NCBI GenBank assembly: GCA_963788655.1
Contig: CAWBHS010000027.1
Location: 32,001 to 96,000, forward strand
Length of the DNA stretch: 64,000 nt
From: an uncultured Verrucomicrobiae bacterium
Lineage (GTDB): Bacteria > Verrucomicrobiota > Verrucomicrobiia > Limisphaerales > JAFGQR01
Direction: 5' to 3'
Shown here piece after piece: positions 32,080 to 43,403 of the stretch (the first letter of the stretch is position 1; every line of letters starts with the position of its first letter). The position numbers and the translations under genes are program-made. The notes beneath the pieces were generated by a model. The model was given only the letters and a program-made list of their open reading frames with translations. It ran no database searches and had not been told where the DNA came from.

Positions 32080-33348
32080 ATGAAACAACACGTCCAACGG
32101 GCGCGCATTGCCCTGCTGGTGTGTAGCAGTGCCCTCGCAATTACCCTGACCAGCGGAGGCCTGAAGGCCCAGACGACCGGGCAGAACTCGGCAGATGCTG
32201 CCGCCGTCGCTGTGGAAGGGATGGGCCAATCGGCCCCAGAATCCAGCCTCTCACTCCCCAATTTCCTGAAGGTCGGCCCCTTCGAATTGCGCCCCTATTT
32301 TGCGGGCAGCATGTTGTACGATGACAACATCCGCATCCAATCACACCAACCAGTCCACGACGTGGTATGGACCTTGTCGCCGGGAATCACGATCGGTGGC
32401 GGCCAATACGAGGATGCCGCCGGCACGTTCCTGACGCTCGATTACCGGCCGGACATTGTGCTCTATACGGACCACGACGAGTTCAACTCCGTAGATCATT
32501 GGGTGAATTTCCGCGGTCAACGGCACTGGGAAAAACTGACCTTGGGGATCGGGCAAGCCTTCCAATCCGGCACCGGCGGTTACACCGAGGCCTTGAACCG
32601 CGTGGAACGGTCGGTCTATGTGACCACCGCCCGGGCCATTTACGAATACAGTGACAAAACCTCCTTCGAAGTCGATGGCCTGCAAAACATCAGCGACTAC
32701 GACAACAGCGAGTCCCAACGGCTCATCAGCTACAACCAATGGGAACTGCAAACCTGGGGCAACTACCAGGCCACGCCCAAAATCAATGTCGGGCTGGGTG
32801 GGGCGTTTGGCTGGCGCGACGTGCAACTGGCCGACAACCAGACCTATCAACAAGCCCTGGTCCGCGGCATTTATACGCTGACCGCTAAAACGCGTTTGAA
32901 TGCCAGCCTGGGCATGCAATTTGAACAATACCAGGGTGGCGGCAGCCGGGGACCCCAATTGGTCTTTGAAGTTGGCGGCGCGTATAAGCCCTGGGTCCGC
33001 ACAACCTTCACCTTGGACGCCTACCGCCGCACTCAAAACTCGGTGGTGCAGGCCGGCCAGAACTACACGCTCACCGGTGTCCGCGCCGCGGTACGCCAAC
33101 AAATCCGGGATCGGATCTTCGTCACCCTCTCTGGCGGGTACGAGCAATCCGATTACTACGCTACTACCTCATCCCACCCGCCTGACCGCCGCGACGATTA
33201 CTTCTTTGTTGGACCTGCGCTGGATTACTCGATCACGGAACGTTGGTTCCTGGGCGCGTTTTACCGGTACCGCAACAATGACTCGACACACAACCCCAAT
33301 GATTTTAGTAATAACCAAGTTGGCATTAGAACCTTGTTCCGCTATTAG
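32080..33348 (+). CDS. Outer-membrane beta-barrel protein associated with polysaccharide loci
   Basis: Signal peptide, YDDNI motif, amphipathic strands, C-terminal FRY; upstream of nucleotide-sugar genes. Confidence 0.75.
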   Translation: MKQHVQRARIALLVCSSALAITLTSGGLKAQTTGQNSADAAAVAVEGMGQSAPESSLSLPNFLKVGPFELRPYFAGSMLYDDNIRIQSHQPVHDVVWTLSPGITIGGGQYEDAAGTFLTLDYRPDIVLYTDHDEFNSVDHWVNFRGQRHWEKLTLGIGQAFQSGTGGYTEALNRVERSVYVTTARAIYEYSDKTSFEVDGLQNISDYDNSESQRLISYNQWELQTWGNYQATPKINVGLGGAFGWRDVQLADNQTYQQALVRGIYTLTAKTRLNASLGMQFEQYQGGGSRGPQLVFEVGGAYKPWVRTTFTLDAYRRTQNSVVQAGQNYTLTGVRAAVRQQIRDRIFVTLSGGYEQSDYYATTSSHPPDRRDDYFFVGPALDYSITERWFLGAFYRYRNNDSTHNPNDFSNNQVGIRTLFRY

Positions 33349-33490
33349 TCGCCTTGGGAACCAGACTGAACGCTAAAACCGCCAACCCGTCTTGTGTCAC
33401 CGCCACCTTCGTGGCGGTGTTCGCTTGGGTCCGGGCCGGCCGCGTGGCCGGATCCCCGACGCGGGGTTGGGCGCAGGAAAGGAATCATTT

Positions 33491-34777
33491 ATGACCACAG
33501 CCATTATCGGACTCGGATATGTTGGATTGCCGTTGGCGCTCCAGTTTGCCCGCTCGGGCGTGAAAGTGTTGGGGCTGGACATTGATCCGGCCAAAGTGAA
33601 CGACTGCCTCGCCGGGCAGAGTTACATTCAACACATCCCCAGCGCGGCCATTCAGGAGCAAGTGCAAAACGGCAATTTCACCGCCTCCACCGAATTCGTC
33701 CGGGTGAAAGAAGTCGAGGCGATCATTATTTGCGTACCCACCCCACTGAACAAAAACCGCGAGCCGGACATTTCCTACATTGAAAAGACCGGCGCGGCCA
33801 TTGCCCCGCACCTCCCAAAAGGCGCGCTGGTGGTGCTGGAGTCCACCACCTATCCCGGTACCACGGACGAAAATTTACGCGACGTTCTGGAACGTGGTTC
33901 CGGTCTGAAAGCCGGCACCGATTTCCATCTGGCCTTTTCCCCGGAACGCGAAGATCCGGGCAATCCGGACAGCAAAGTGGCGTCCATACCTAAAGTGATG
34001 GGCGGTTACACCCCGGCCTGTTGCGAGCAGGCGGTGGCGCTTTACCGCCAGGCCATCAAGACGGTCATCCCGGTTTCCAATTGCCGCACCGCCGAGGCGA
34101 CCAAGCTATTGGAAAACATTTTCCGGAGCGTCAACATTGCTTTGGTCAATGAACTCAAGGTCGTTTATGCGGCGATGGGCATCGACGTTTGGGAAGTCAT
34201 CAACGCCGCCAAAACAAAGCCCTTCGGTTATATGCCCTTTTATCCGGGGCCGGGGCTGGGCGGCCATTGCATCCCGATTGACCCGTTTTATCTGACGTGG
34301 AAAGCGCGTGAGTATGGACAGCACACCCGTTTCATCGAACTGGCCGGGGAGATCAATACGTCCATGCCCAAGTACGTCGTCAGCCGGGTGGCGGAGGCCC
34401 TGAACTCCAAGCGCCAGGCGCTCAACGGCAGCCGCATTCTGCTGCTGGGCCTGGCTTACAAAGCCGACGTGGACGATCTGCGCGAGTCGCCCACATTCAT
34501 CTTGTTGGATCTGCTGAAGCGGCTGGGAGCCGAAGTAGCCTATTACGATCCGCACATTCCCGTCATCCAACCCACCCGCGAACACGGCGAATGGACCGGC
34601 ACCAAATCGGTTTCCTGGGATCAGAAAACCATCAACTCCTTCGACGCCGTTGTGATCGCCACAGCCCACCAAGCCGTCAATTACCGGGAACTGGCCGACT
34701 GGTCGGATTGCATCGTGGACACTCGCAACGCCATGGCGGGCGCGAATTGCCGGCCGAACACGCTTTGGAAAGCCTGA
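33491..34777 (+). CDS. UDP-N-acetylhexosamine 6-dehydrogenase (WbpA/TviB-like)
   Basis: IIGLGYVGLP, ICVPTPL, ESTTYPGTT, FSPEREDPGN, GGHCIPIDP. Confidence 0.92.
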   Translation: MTTAIIGLGYVGLPLALQFARSGVKVLGLDIDPAKVNDCLAGQSYIQHIPSAAIQEQVQNGNFTASTEFVRVKEVEAIIICVPTPLNKNREPDISYIEKTGAAIAPHLPKGALVVLESTTYPGTTDENLRDVLERGSGLKAGTDFHLAFSPEREDPGNPDSKVASIPKVMGGYTPACCEQAVALYRQAIKTVIPVSNCRTAEATKLLENIFRSVNIALVNELKVVYAAMGIDVWEVINAAKTKPFGYMPFYPGPGLGGHCIPIDPFYLTWKAREYGQHTRFIELAGEINTSMPKYVVSRVAEALNSKRQALNGSRILLLGLAYKADVDDLRESPTFILLDLLKRLGAEVAYYDPHIPVIQPTREHGEWTGTKSVSWDQKTINSFDAVVIATAHQAVNYRELADWSDCIVDTRNAMAGANCRPNTLWKA

Positions 34778-34984
34778 GAGTCTATTTTAAGACTCCAGCT
34801 TCCTTGTAGCAGCCGACGTAAGAAGTGCTCAAGATTCCCCGCAGACCTCACTACTCACGGACTAGAATGAGCCTCCTCAGGTCGCCTGATACCATTTCTT
34901 AAACCGGCTTTGAGTCGGGAAAGAAAGTTCGACTTGCGCCGCCGGGTCCGCTAAGACACTGCTTGTTTTAGGTTGCAACAAGTC

Positions 34985-36013
34985 ATGACTGCTTACGACA
35001 AAATCCGCACTGAATTGACGGCGTCGCCCCGTATTTGGTTGGTCACCGGGGTTGCCGGATTCATTGGTTCCAATTTGCTCGAACAACTCCTGCGCTGGGA
35101 CCAAACTGTTACCGGCTTGGACAGTTTCGCCACTGGCCACCGGAAGAATCTCGAACAGGTCCGCGACGCGGTTACTTCCGAACAATGGTCCCGCTTCACC
35201 ATCGTTGAAGGCGACATCCGCGGCCTCAAGGTTTGTCAGCAAGCGTGCCATGGCGTGGACTACGTACTACATCAGGCCGCATTGGGCTCAGTGCCACGTT
35301 CCATTGAGGATCCGCTGACCGCCACCGAGGTCAATGTGAACGGCACCATCAATGTGCTGCTGGCCGCGCGCGACCAGCGCGTGAAACGGCTGGTGTATGC
35401 CTCGAGCAGTTCCGTCTATGGCGATGATCCGGAACTGCCCAAAGTGGAATCCCGGCTCGGCGCTCCGCTGTCGCCATACGCGGCCACCAAGCTGGTGGAC
35501 GAAATTTACGCCGGCATTTTTGCGCGCTGTTACGGTGTCGAAACGGTGGGCTTGCGCTATTTCAATGTGTTCGGTCCGCGGCAGGACCCGGAAGGCCCGT
35601 ACGCTGCCGTGATTCCCAAGTGGATTGCGGCGTTGATTAAGAATGAGCCGGTGGTGATCAACGGCGACGGCGAAACCAGCCGCGATTTTTGCTACGTGGC
35701 CAACGTGGTCCAGGCCAACTTGCTCGCGGCCACCACCGCCACCACTGAAGCAGTCAACCAAGTCTATAACGTGGCCATGAACGAGCGGACCACCCTGAAT
35801 GATTTGTACGGCCTGCTGCGCGATCTGTTGTCGCCCAGCCACCCGGAGATCAAAACGCGCCAGCCCGTTTACCAGGATTTTCGAACCGGCGACGTGCGGC
35901 ATTCGCAAGCGGACATTTCGCAGGCGCAACGTTTGTTGGGCTACGCCCCGACGCACCGGATCGGGCAGGGATTGGAAACCGCGTTGCAATGGTACCAGCA
36001 AAACGTGGTGTGA
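34985..36013 (+). CDS. UDP-GlcNAc(A) 4-epimerase (WbpP/TviC-like SDR)
   Basis: [47 protein letters not shown]. Confidence 0.92.
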   Translation: MTAYDKIRTELTASPRIWLVTGVAGFIGSNLLEQLLRWDQTVTGLDSFATGHRKNLEQVRDAVTSEQWSRFTIVEGDIRGLKVCQQACHGVDYVLHQAALGSVPRSIEDPLTATEVNVNGTINVLLAARDQRVKRLVYASSSSVYGDDPELPKVESRLGAPLSPYAATKLVDEIYAGIFARCYGVETVGLRYFNVFGPRQDPEGPYAAVIPKWIAALIKNEPVVINGDGETSRDFCYVANVVQANLLAATTATTEAVNQVYNVAMNERTTLNDLYGLLRDLLSPSHPEIKTRQPVYQDFRTGDVRHSQADISQAQRLLGYAPTHRIGQGLETALQWYQQNVV

Positions 36014-36017
36014 TCAG

Positions 36018-37023
36018 ATGAATAATCCAGGAAACCAAAGCCGATTGGCTGAACGTCGCGCGCGCGGCGGTACGGTGCGAAATGGAATGTCTGCAAATCG
36101 CCGCCGGCCGGCTCGATGACAGCCTGGTCCGTGCGGTGGAAATCATTCTGGCCAATCCGGGCAAAGTCGTGGTGAGCGGCCTGGGCAAGTCGGGTTTGGT
36201 CGGACAAAAAATCGCCGCCACGCTCTGCAGCACGGGCACACCGGCGGTGTTCTTACACCCGGCGGATGCCTTGCACGGCGACTTGGGCGTCTATGCGCCC
36301 GGCGATGCGACGCTGTTGATTTCGAACAGCGGGGCCACGGCTGAATTGATGCGGCTGGTTCCGTTGTTGCGCCAGTTCCGCTCCCCGCTCATTGGCATTC
36401 TCGGCAACTTGAAAGGACCGCTCGCCCCCCAAATGGACGCCGTCCTGGACGGCTCGGTGGCTCGGGAAGCCGATCCCTCAAACATTGCGCCGACGAGCAG
36501 TGCGGTGGTGGCCATGGCCCTGGGCGACGCGCTGGCCTCGGCCTTGATCCGGGCTCGAAATTTCACGTTGGACGATTACGCGCGCTACCATCCCGCCGGC
36601 CAACTGGGCCGCAATTTACTTTTGACGGTCGCCGATGTCATGCACGGGGAAAACACGGTGGCTTGGGTGCAGGCGGATGAGCCGGTGAAGAAAGTCGTGC
36701 TGGCCATGACCTCGCACCCACTCGGCGCCGCTTGTGTCATCGACGATAGCGGCCGACTCGAAGGACTGATCACCGACGGCGATCTGCGCCGGGCGCTGCA
36801 AGTTCATGACGATATTCGCCCGCTGAAAGCCCGTGACATCATGACCGCCCACCCGACGACCATTTCACCGGCAGCGCGCCTGCGCGAAGCGCTCGACTTG
36901 ATGGAAGACCGGCCTTCCCAAATCTCGGTATTGCCCGTTGCCGAGCCTGAAGGACGCTGCCTGGGATTGCTCCGCATTCACGACATTTACACCGGCTCGA
37001 CTGACGTGCCGACGGGAAGTTGA
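36018..37023 (+). CDS. KpsF/GutQ arabinose-5-phosphate isomerase (SIS + CBS; probable frameshift near 36038)
   Basis: SGLGKSGLVGQKIAAT, HGDLG, APTSS, YHPAGQLG, ITDGDLRR; ATG 36018 is out of frame by one A in CCAAAG. Confidence 0.88.
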
Positions 37024-37047
37024 TTGGTATTAAACGTTTAAACGCTT

Positions 37048-38148
37048 ATGTCGAACATTCTGCTGGATGGAATTGTGGGGGCCCGCCCGAACATGATGAA
37101 AATGGCGCCACTGGCTCGCGCGCTCGCCGCTGACGGAACCTTTAACCTGCGGCTGATTCACACCGGCCAACACTACGACGAGCAAATGTCCGATGTGTTC
37201 TTCACGGAACTGGGGCTGCCCAAACCGGCCTTTAATTTGAAGGTGGGTTCCGGATCCCACGGCGCCCAAACCGCCCGCATTCTCGAAGGCTACGAACAAA
37301 TCCTGTTGTCGGAAAAACGTCCGCGCGGCGTCATCGTGGTGGGCGATGTGACCTCCACGATGGCCTGCACCCTGGCGGCGGCCAAGTTGTGCCTCCCGGT
37401 GGCGCACGTCGAAGCTGGCCTGCGCAGTGGCGATCGCACGATGCCGGAGGAAATCAATCGCATCGTCACAGATGCGCTGGCCGATGTGTTGTTGGTGTCC
37501 GATCCCGAGGGCCTGATGCACCTGGCGCGCGAGGGGCAGCCCCGCGAAAAGATCACCCTGGTGGGAAACATCATGATGGATACCCTCCACCGCGAACTGC
37601 CTTATGCGGGACAATCAACCCTGTTGAACGACCTCGGTTTGGCCCCGCAAAGCTACGCCTATTTGACGCTCCACCGCCCGTCGAACGTGGATGATCCGGC
37701 GGTGTTGCGGCGGTTGGTGCGGTTGCTGGAGGAATTCTCGCGCGAGGTGCCGTTGGTGTTTTCACTCCACCCGCGCACCCGGGAACGGTTGGCGCAAGCC
37801 GCCCTCGAGTTGCCGGAGGGCGAACGATTCCGCGTCATTAAACCGCTCGCGTATCGAGATAATCTACGGATGATTCAATGCGCCCAAATCGTATTAACCG
37901 ATTCCGGTGGCATCCAGGAGGAAACCTCCGTGTTGAATGTGCCGTGCATGACGCTGCGTCCCAGCACCGAGCGACCCATCACCGTGTCCTTGGGCAGCAG
38001 CGAACTGGTGGGCAATGATGAGACAAAGATCCGCAACGCCTGGCAACGGTTCCGTTCCGGCCAATGGAAACAAGCCAGTCCCATTCCGCTCTGGGACGGC
38101 CACACCGCCGAACGCATCGTGAAACGATTGCGGGAAGCGTGGGCGTGA
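37048..38148 (+). CDS. wecB: UDP-N-acetylglucosamine 2-epimerase (non-hydrolysing)
   Basis: VGARPN, HTGQHYD, HVEAGLRS..MPEEINR, TDSGGIQEE. Confidence 0.93.
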   Translation: MSNILLDGIVGARPNMMKMAPLARALAADGTFNLRLIHTGQHYDEQMSDVFFTELGLPKPAFNLKVGSGSHGAQTARILEGYEQILLSEKRPRGVIVVGDVTSTMACTLAAAKLCLPVAHVEAGLRSGDRTMPEEINRIVTDALADVLLVSDPEGLMHLAREGQPREKITLVGNIMMDTLHRELPYAGQSTLLNDLGLAPQSYAYLTLHRPSNVDDPAVLRRLVRLLEEFSREVPLVFSLHPRTRERLAQAALELPEGERFRVIKPLAYRDNLRMIQCAQIVLTDSGGIQEETSVLNVPCMTLRPSTERPITVSLGSSELVGNDETKIRNAWQRFRSGQWKQASPIPLWDGHTAERIVKRLREAWA

Positions 38149-38205
38149 GGGGTGATCGTGGGGGAGGGCTGGTGAAGGATTGAAGAGTAAAGCGCCATGC
38201 CGGGT

Positions 38206-38811
38206 GCGCTGCTGCATTGATCGCGCCACACCGTTACGAACGATGGCAGCTCTTCCGTCACGCCCCGTAAGCGCCGAACGTGCTCCCTCTCCCCAAGGGA
38301 GAGGGCCGGGGTGAGGGGGAAGGAGCCAAGCGGTCGCCTGGGCCCTCTGAAAATTGCGGACGGCAATCACTACCTAATGCGAATTGGCTGCGCAGATTGA
38401 ACGCACTCTTTCCCCTCACCCTAACCCTCTCCTCAGGGAGAGGGAACAGCCGGTGGATGCCCATGGGAATTCGAATGGGCCAGCGGCACTTGCCGCGGCT
38501 GCACAGATCGCGTAACCCCGCTACGAACGATGGCAGCCCAGTCTCCGCACCCCGCAAGCGCCGAACGTGCTCCCTTTACACGAACCGCGCGGTAGCGGCG
38601 TTCGCGCTGCGAGCGCATGGCCTCGCAGCGCGAAGCCAACCACCTCGGTCGCGCTCTGACTTGCGCCTGGTCCGCCGCGTTCTCACGAACGCAGCCACCC
38701 TCCAATTGAATCGTTTCCCCAGCCGGAATCTTTCACACGCAATGGTAGCCGCCAACGTGAGGAGGCGGACCGGAAGCCTCTTCCCGTGCTCCGCCCCACG
38801 TCGGCGGCTAC
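38206..38811. repeat. Composite intergenic repeat mosaic (boxC-like pair, ~83-bp direct repeat, two GTAG REP doublets)
   Basis: CCCTCTCCCCAAGGGAGAGGG..GTGAGGGG (38285-38319) and inverted copy (38412-38444); direct repeat 38206-38288 / 38493-38575; REP doublets 38592-38698 and 38745-38811. Confidence 0.8.
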
Positions 38812-38848
38812 AGGCTGGTGGCGCTTTAAGCGGCGTGAAGAATCCGGG

Positions 38849-40184
38849 TTAAGTAGCTTCCGACGATGCCCGCGCTGAATTCCGCGCGGCTTTCAATTTG
38901 ATGCCTTCGTCCACAATGCAGGCGGTCACCATGTCAGCCGTGACGTTCAAGGTGGTCCGCGCCATGTCGAGCAACCGATCGACGCCCAAGATCAAGGCGA
39001 TGCCTTCGGGCGGGATATGGAAGCTGGCCATCAATCCCACCATCACGGGCAGCGACGCGCCGGGAATGCCCGCCACGGCGACGGCGCTGAAGACGGTGAG
39101 GAGCAAGAGCGTCAATTGGCTCCCGAGCGACAAGTGGACACCAAACACCTGGGCGACGAACAACACGACGCAGCCTTCGTAAAGCGCGGTGCCGCTCATG
39201 TTGGTGGTGGCGCCCAACGGCAGAACAAAGCCCGCCGTGCTGGCGGAAACGCCCAGCGTTCTCCCGGCTGACCTGGAGGCTGGTGGGCAGCGTGGCGTTG
39301 CTGGAACTGGTCGAGAACGCGGTGACCAATACCGTGCGGATGGCTTTGAAAAACTCGAAGGGCGACCGGCGGGTCAGCAGTTTCAACAACATGGACATGG
39401 TTCCAAACAAATGCACGAGAATGCCGCCCAATACCACCACCACAAACAGCAGCACCGCTTGCAAAACGTCCGTGCCCACGCGAATGACCAGACTGGCCAT
39501 CAGGGCGGCGACCGCGTAGGGCGCCAACTGCATGGCGAAATGGACGATGCGGGTCATCAGTTCGTTGCCGATTTCCAGGCCGTCCATGAACCGGCGGCGG
39601 TGGTCCGCGGGCAATTGCGTGCCGGCGGCGCCCACGAAAACGGCAAACAGGATCAGTGGGAGAATCTGGAAATCGGCCACCGCCCCGAGCAGGTTGCGCG
39701 GCATGAACATTTCGACCAGGCGATTGAACGTGAGGCGGGGTTGCTCCGCGGCCTTTGCCTGCGCCATGTCGGCATCGCTGCGGTACTTCTCGATCAATTG
39801 GGCCTTCGTTTCGGGCGTCAGGCGGTATCCCGGTTGGACGGTGTTCATGATCAACAGTCCCAATGCCACGCCAATGGACATGTTGACGCCGAACAACAGA
39901 AAGGTGCGACCGGCCAACGGCCCCAATCGATCCAGGCGCCCCAGTTGGACCACGCCGAAAGTCAGCGACGTGAAAATCAGCGGCACGACCACAAAGAACA
40001 GCATGCGCAAAAACACCTGGCCGAACGGATCAAGCACTTCGGCAGACAACCACTGTAAGCCGGCCATAACCGACTCCTGGGCGTGAAAGATCACCCGCGC
40101 CAGGAGGCCGATTCCCAATCCCAGGGCCATGCCCCAGACGATCCGCACGCCCAAGCGATCCCCAGATTTTTTGGTGGTGGTCAC
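38849..40184 (-). CDS. Dicarboxylate/amino acid:cation symporter (GltP/DctA family; frameshift near 39259)
   Basis: FLRMLFFVVVPL, AFSTSSSNATLP, GATTNMSGT, DRLLDMARTTLNVTAD. Confidence 0.9.
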
Positions 40185-40343
40185 GGGTGGGCAGGCTAAT
40201 GAAACTCTCCGGACCTGACCATTCAATTCCACCACCAATGAGGGACCGCGGTGGGGATCAGACCGAAAGGTGGTCCGAAAATAAAAGAAGGGCACCGTAT
40301 CACCGGTGCCCTGGTTCAATACGAAGCGTTCGCGAAGGGACGG

Positions 40344-40649
40344 TTATGGATTCTGAATGTGATTGTTCCCGTTGGCGTCGCCCGAGCTCTCGATTTGCCG
40401 TTGCCGGGCGCTATCCGACGTCTGGATGGCGCTGCCGTCAGCCAGGCCGAGATTGCCCGCGTCGCTGTGGATGCTCGAACTCCACCGATAATCGCCGCTG
40501 TTGCCGGCCAGCAACTCCGTCGCGTTGGCGTCCACCGTTCTGCAATTGGCAGTGCCGGGTTGTGATCCGTCCGGTTTCACAATATTGCGGTCGCCGGACA
40601 AGATGGTTTGCGGCCGGGAAGGAATAATCCAAGTCACATCGCCCGGCAA
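40344..40649 (-). pseudogene. C-terminal remnant of a prepilin-type H-X9-DG protein
   Basis: ILSGDRNI..WSSSI-H-SDAGNLGLA-DG-SA; no prepilin N-terminus upstream. Confidence 0.6.
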
Positions 40650-40749
40650 TTTTGGCGGCGAGATTCAGTCAGGTATTACTTCGTCAAACAACCTGGATTA
40701 ATCGCCCCTCGACTCTTGATTCTTGAGCGGGCTAAGCCGTGACTATTCA

Positions 40750-40881
40750 GTAGGACAGGCGTCCCGCCTGTCCCGAACAAGTGCAAACCAACAACTTGGA
40801 GCACGGCGCCGCGAGTATTTCTATGTCACCAAACGTGAGGATGCCTTGGGCTATTCGAGACAGGCGAGACGCCTGTCCTAC
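40750..40881. repeat. GTAG-ended REP doublet
   Basis: GTAGGACAGGCGTCCCGCCTGTCC ... GACAGGCGAGACGCCTGTCCTAC. Confidence 0.85.
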
Positions 40882-40927
40882 CACGCCGAACTGCCTCATC
40901 GCAGCACCAGCTACTGAATTGATACGG

Positions 40928-41287
40928 CTACGCCCGGGCACGGCGTTTCGGCTTGGTTTGCTTCTGATTGCGGGGGCGCGTCTGCTTCCGGGGAGTTTTG
41001 GCGGCAGGCTTCTGCTTTCGTGCCGCTGTCCTTTTCGCTGTCGGCGGTGGCGCTGAAGTTGCGGTTCGGGTTTTCTTTTGGATCACCTGGCGCATTTGTT
41101 CGACTTTGCGGTCCACTTCGGTCCGCGCCCGCTGAAGGCTTTCCTGCGTGACGTTGATGGCGTCGGTCAGGAAACCGCATCCCTGCCGGATGCGCCGGCT
41201 ATAGCTGCCTTCTTTCAGCGTGATGCCCTTCGCTTTCAGAAAAGCGCTCAGGTTTCGGTATAGTTCGTCTTGCTTTAGCTGTTTCAT
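40928..41287 (-). CDS. Hypothetical protein with Lys/Arg-rich C-terminal tail
   Basis: 119-aa ORF with helical N-terminus and basic low-complexity tail. Confidence 0.6.
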   Translation of the reverse strand: MKQLKQDELYRNLSAFLKAKGITLKEGSYSRRIRQGCGFLTDAINVTQESLQRARTEVDRKVEQMRQVIQKKTRTATSAPPPTAKRTAARKQKPAAKTPRKQTRPRNQKQTKPKRRARA

Positions 41288-41413
41288 AAGCCTGTGCGAT
41301 ACGCCTGTGCGTTGTCAGGACCAATCATGGCAAAAAGATGGAACTTGGACAATGATCAGATTGGGAAAGGATTTTTGACTTTATTTTATTAGCCCACATG
41401 ACATCATCCGGTC

Positions 41414-43327
41414 ATGGGCAAGAAGCGGCGCATCCAGGTTCGCTCACCATCGCCCCCGGCGGCTTCCAGCGCAGGAACGTTGCCGCGGGCTGCGCCCCAA
41501 TATCATACCCGCCTCTTTGGTTCCGCGAAGTATCGCCGGCGCTTGCGGCTGTTGCTCGTGTTCTTGGTGCCGTTGCTCATGCTGGGGGGCAGCGAGTTGG
41601 TGTTGCGCGTGCTCGGCTATGGAGTGCCCCTGAATTTCTTTGTGCCCATGCCGGACGGCCAAACGCTGACCACCAACCGGCGTTTTGGCTGGCGGTTCAT
41701 GGACCGCGACACTGCCACGCAACCATATCCAGCCCTGATGGACGCCAAGAAGAAACCCGGCACCCGCCGTATCTTTATCCTGGGCGAGTCGGCCGCCGTC
41801 GGCACGCCGGCGCCCGCGTTTGGTTTTGGCCGCATACTCGAGATCATGCTTGAGGAACAATTTCCCGGACAACGGTTCGAAGTGGTCAATGCCGCGATGC
41901 GAGGAATCAATTCCCATGTCATCCTACCGATCAGCCGTGAGTGCCGCCGTTATGAGCCGGATTTGTTTTTGTTGTACATGGGGAACAACGAAGCGGTGGG
42001 ATTGCACGCCCCGGTTCCCGGTGAATTCAATCTCACCCCCTACCCGAGTTTGATCCACCTCCGGCAGACGTTGAAAGAAACGCGGCTCGGCCAGTTGCTG
42101 GGCGACATGGTGCGCGGCCTGAAAAAGAAAGCCCAGCGTCCCGAGCAAGACATGGAGTATTTCCGTGCTCATTGCCTCCTGTCGGACGCCCCGGAGCGGC
42201 AACCAGTGTATGAAAACTTCCGCGCCAATCTCCAGGAAATTATCCGGACCGCGCGGCGCGCCCACGCCAGCGTCGTCGTCTCGACCGTAGCAGTGAATCT
42301 CGCTGATTTTCCTCCACTCGAATCGCAGCACCGCCCGGGACTCTCCTCGAACCAACTGACCCAATGGGGCACGGTCTATTCCCAAGGCACCAATGCCGAA
42401 GCCCACGGGCTGACCCAGGAAGCCATCACCCATTACCGGGCGGCGCTGGCCGTGGACGACCATTTTGCGGAGCTGCACTATCGGTTGGCACGCTGTTGCG
42501 TCACGGCTGGCGACAGCTCAGGCGCAGCCCAGCATTTCGCACTGGCGCGCGACTGGGATGCACTGTCGTTTCGGACGGACAGCCGGCTCAACCAAATCAC
42601 GCGTGACGTTGCCACACAGCACGCTGATGCCACCGTAGTGCTGGTGGACGCCGAAAAGGCCTTTGCCGCGGCGGCCCCAAAAAATTGTGGTGTGCCGGGA
42701 AAACAGTATTTCAACGATCATGTGCATCTGTCCTTTGCCGGCGATTACCTGCTGGCCCGCACGGCTCTGCCCGCCGTTATCAAGGCCTTGGGCATTGCCC
42801 GGACGGGTGGCGATAAAGGGACCAAGTCTCGCGCGGTGCCGTCGTTGGAGGAATGTGCGCAGCATTTGGCGTTTACGGAATGGGATGACATCAGCGTGGC
42901 TTCGGCCATGGTGCGGTCGCAGGCCAAGGCGCCGTTCCTGGATCAATTGGAGCATGCCCAAACTCAGGCGCAAGCCAATGCGGCGTTGCGGCAACGCATC
43001 GATATGTTCCAAAAGCAAAACGGCCCGGCTAAAGCCATCTCTATTTACCAGGCCGCCCTGGATCGGCGTCCTAACGATTGGCAGATTCTTATGAACTACG
43101 GCACGCTGCTGAGTGATTTCCGCGACCATGCCGCCGCCGCGCAAGCCTTCGCGAAAGCAACTGAGCGGATGCCGACCTTCATGTCGTTGCGTCTGTTGCT
43201 GGTGAAAAGCCTCTGGACCTCGGGACAGCGGCGAGCCGCACAACGCGAGTTGCAAGCGGCCCTGAAGATCGACCCCCATTACCCGCCGGCCCAAGAGGCG
43301 ATGCGGATGATGGGGGTATCGCGGTGA
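41414..43327 (+). CDS. Membrane-anchored SGNH-like hydrolase fold protein with TPR repeats
   Basis: TM helix, RIFILGESAA, EVVNAAM, YMGNNE, DHVH; TPR-like helices. Confidence 0.75.
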   Translation: MGKKRRIQVRSPSPPAASSAGTLPRAAPQYHTRLFGSAKYRRRLRLLLVFLVPLLMLGGSELVLRVLGYGVPLNFFVPMPDGQTLTTNRRFGWRFMDRDTATQPYPALMDAKKKPGTRRIFILGESAAVGTPAPAFGFGRILEIMLEEQFPGQRFEVVNAAMRGINSHVILPISRECRRYEPDLFLLYMGNNEAVGLHAPVPGEFNLTPYPSLIHLRQTLKETRLGQLLGDMVRGLKKKAQRPEQDMEYFRAHCLLSDAPERQPVYENFRANLQEIIRTARRAHASVVVSTVAVNLADFPPLESQHRPGLSSNQLTQWGTVYSQGTNAEAHGLTQEAITHYRAALAVDDHFAELHYRLARCCVTAGDSSGAAQHFALARDWDALSFRTDSRLNQITRDVATQHADATVVLVDAEKAFAAAAPKNCGVPGKQYFNDHVHLSFAGDYLLARTALPAVIKALGIARTGGDKGTKSRAVPSLEECAQHLAFTEWDDISVASAMVRSQAKAPFLDQLEHAQTQAQANAALRQRIDMFQKQNGPAKAISIYQAALDRRPNDWQILMNYGTLLSDFRDHAAAAQAFAKATERMPTFMSLRLLLVKSLWTSGQRRAAQRELQAALKIDPHYPPAQEAMRMMGVSR

Positions 43328-43403
43328 AGTCGAAGCAGTTGAGGGTTGAGTGCAATGCCATGAGGAAACCCCGGAATGTGGCCAAGCCGGACCTCATGTA
43401 TTC

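Noticed and set aside
33398..33420. Hairpin CACCGCCAC-CTTC-GTGGCGGTG as an ops/JUMPstart element
   Set aside because: GGCGGTG does not match the ops consensus GGCGGTAG; only a generic hairpin is supported
38206..38575. Direct repeats as a CRISPR array
   Set aside because: Only two degenerate ~83-bp copies, no regular repeat-spacer pattern, no cas genes
38258..38852. ORFs over the repeat mosaic
   Set aside because: Translations of palindromic repeats (PLTLTLS, LPKGEGRGEG), not protein-like
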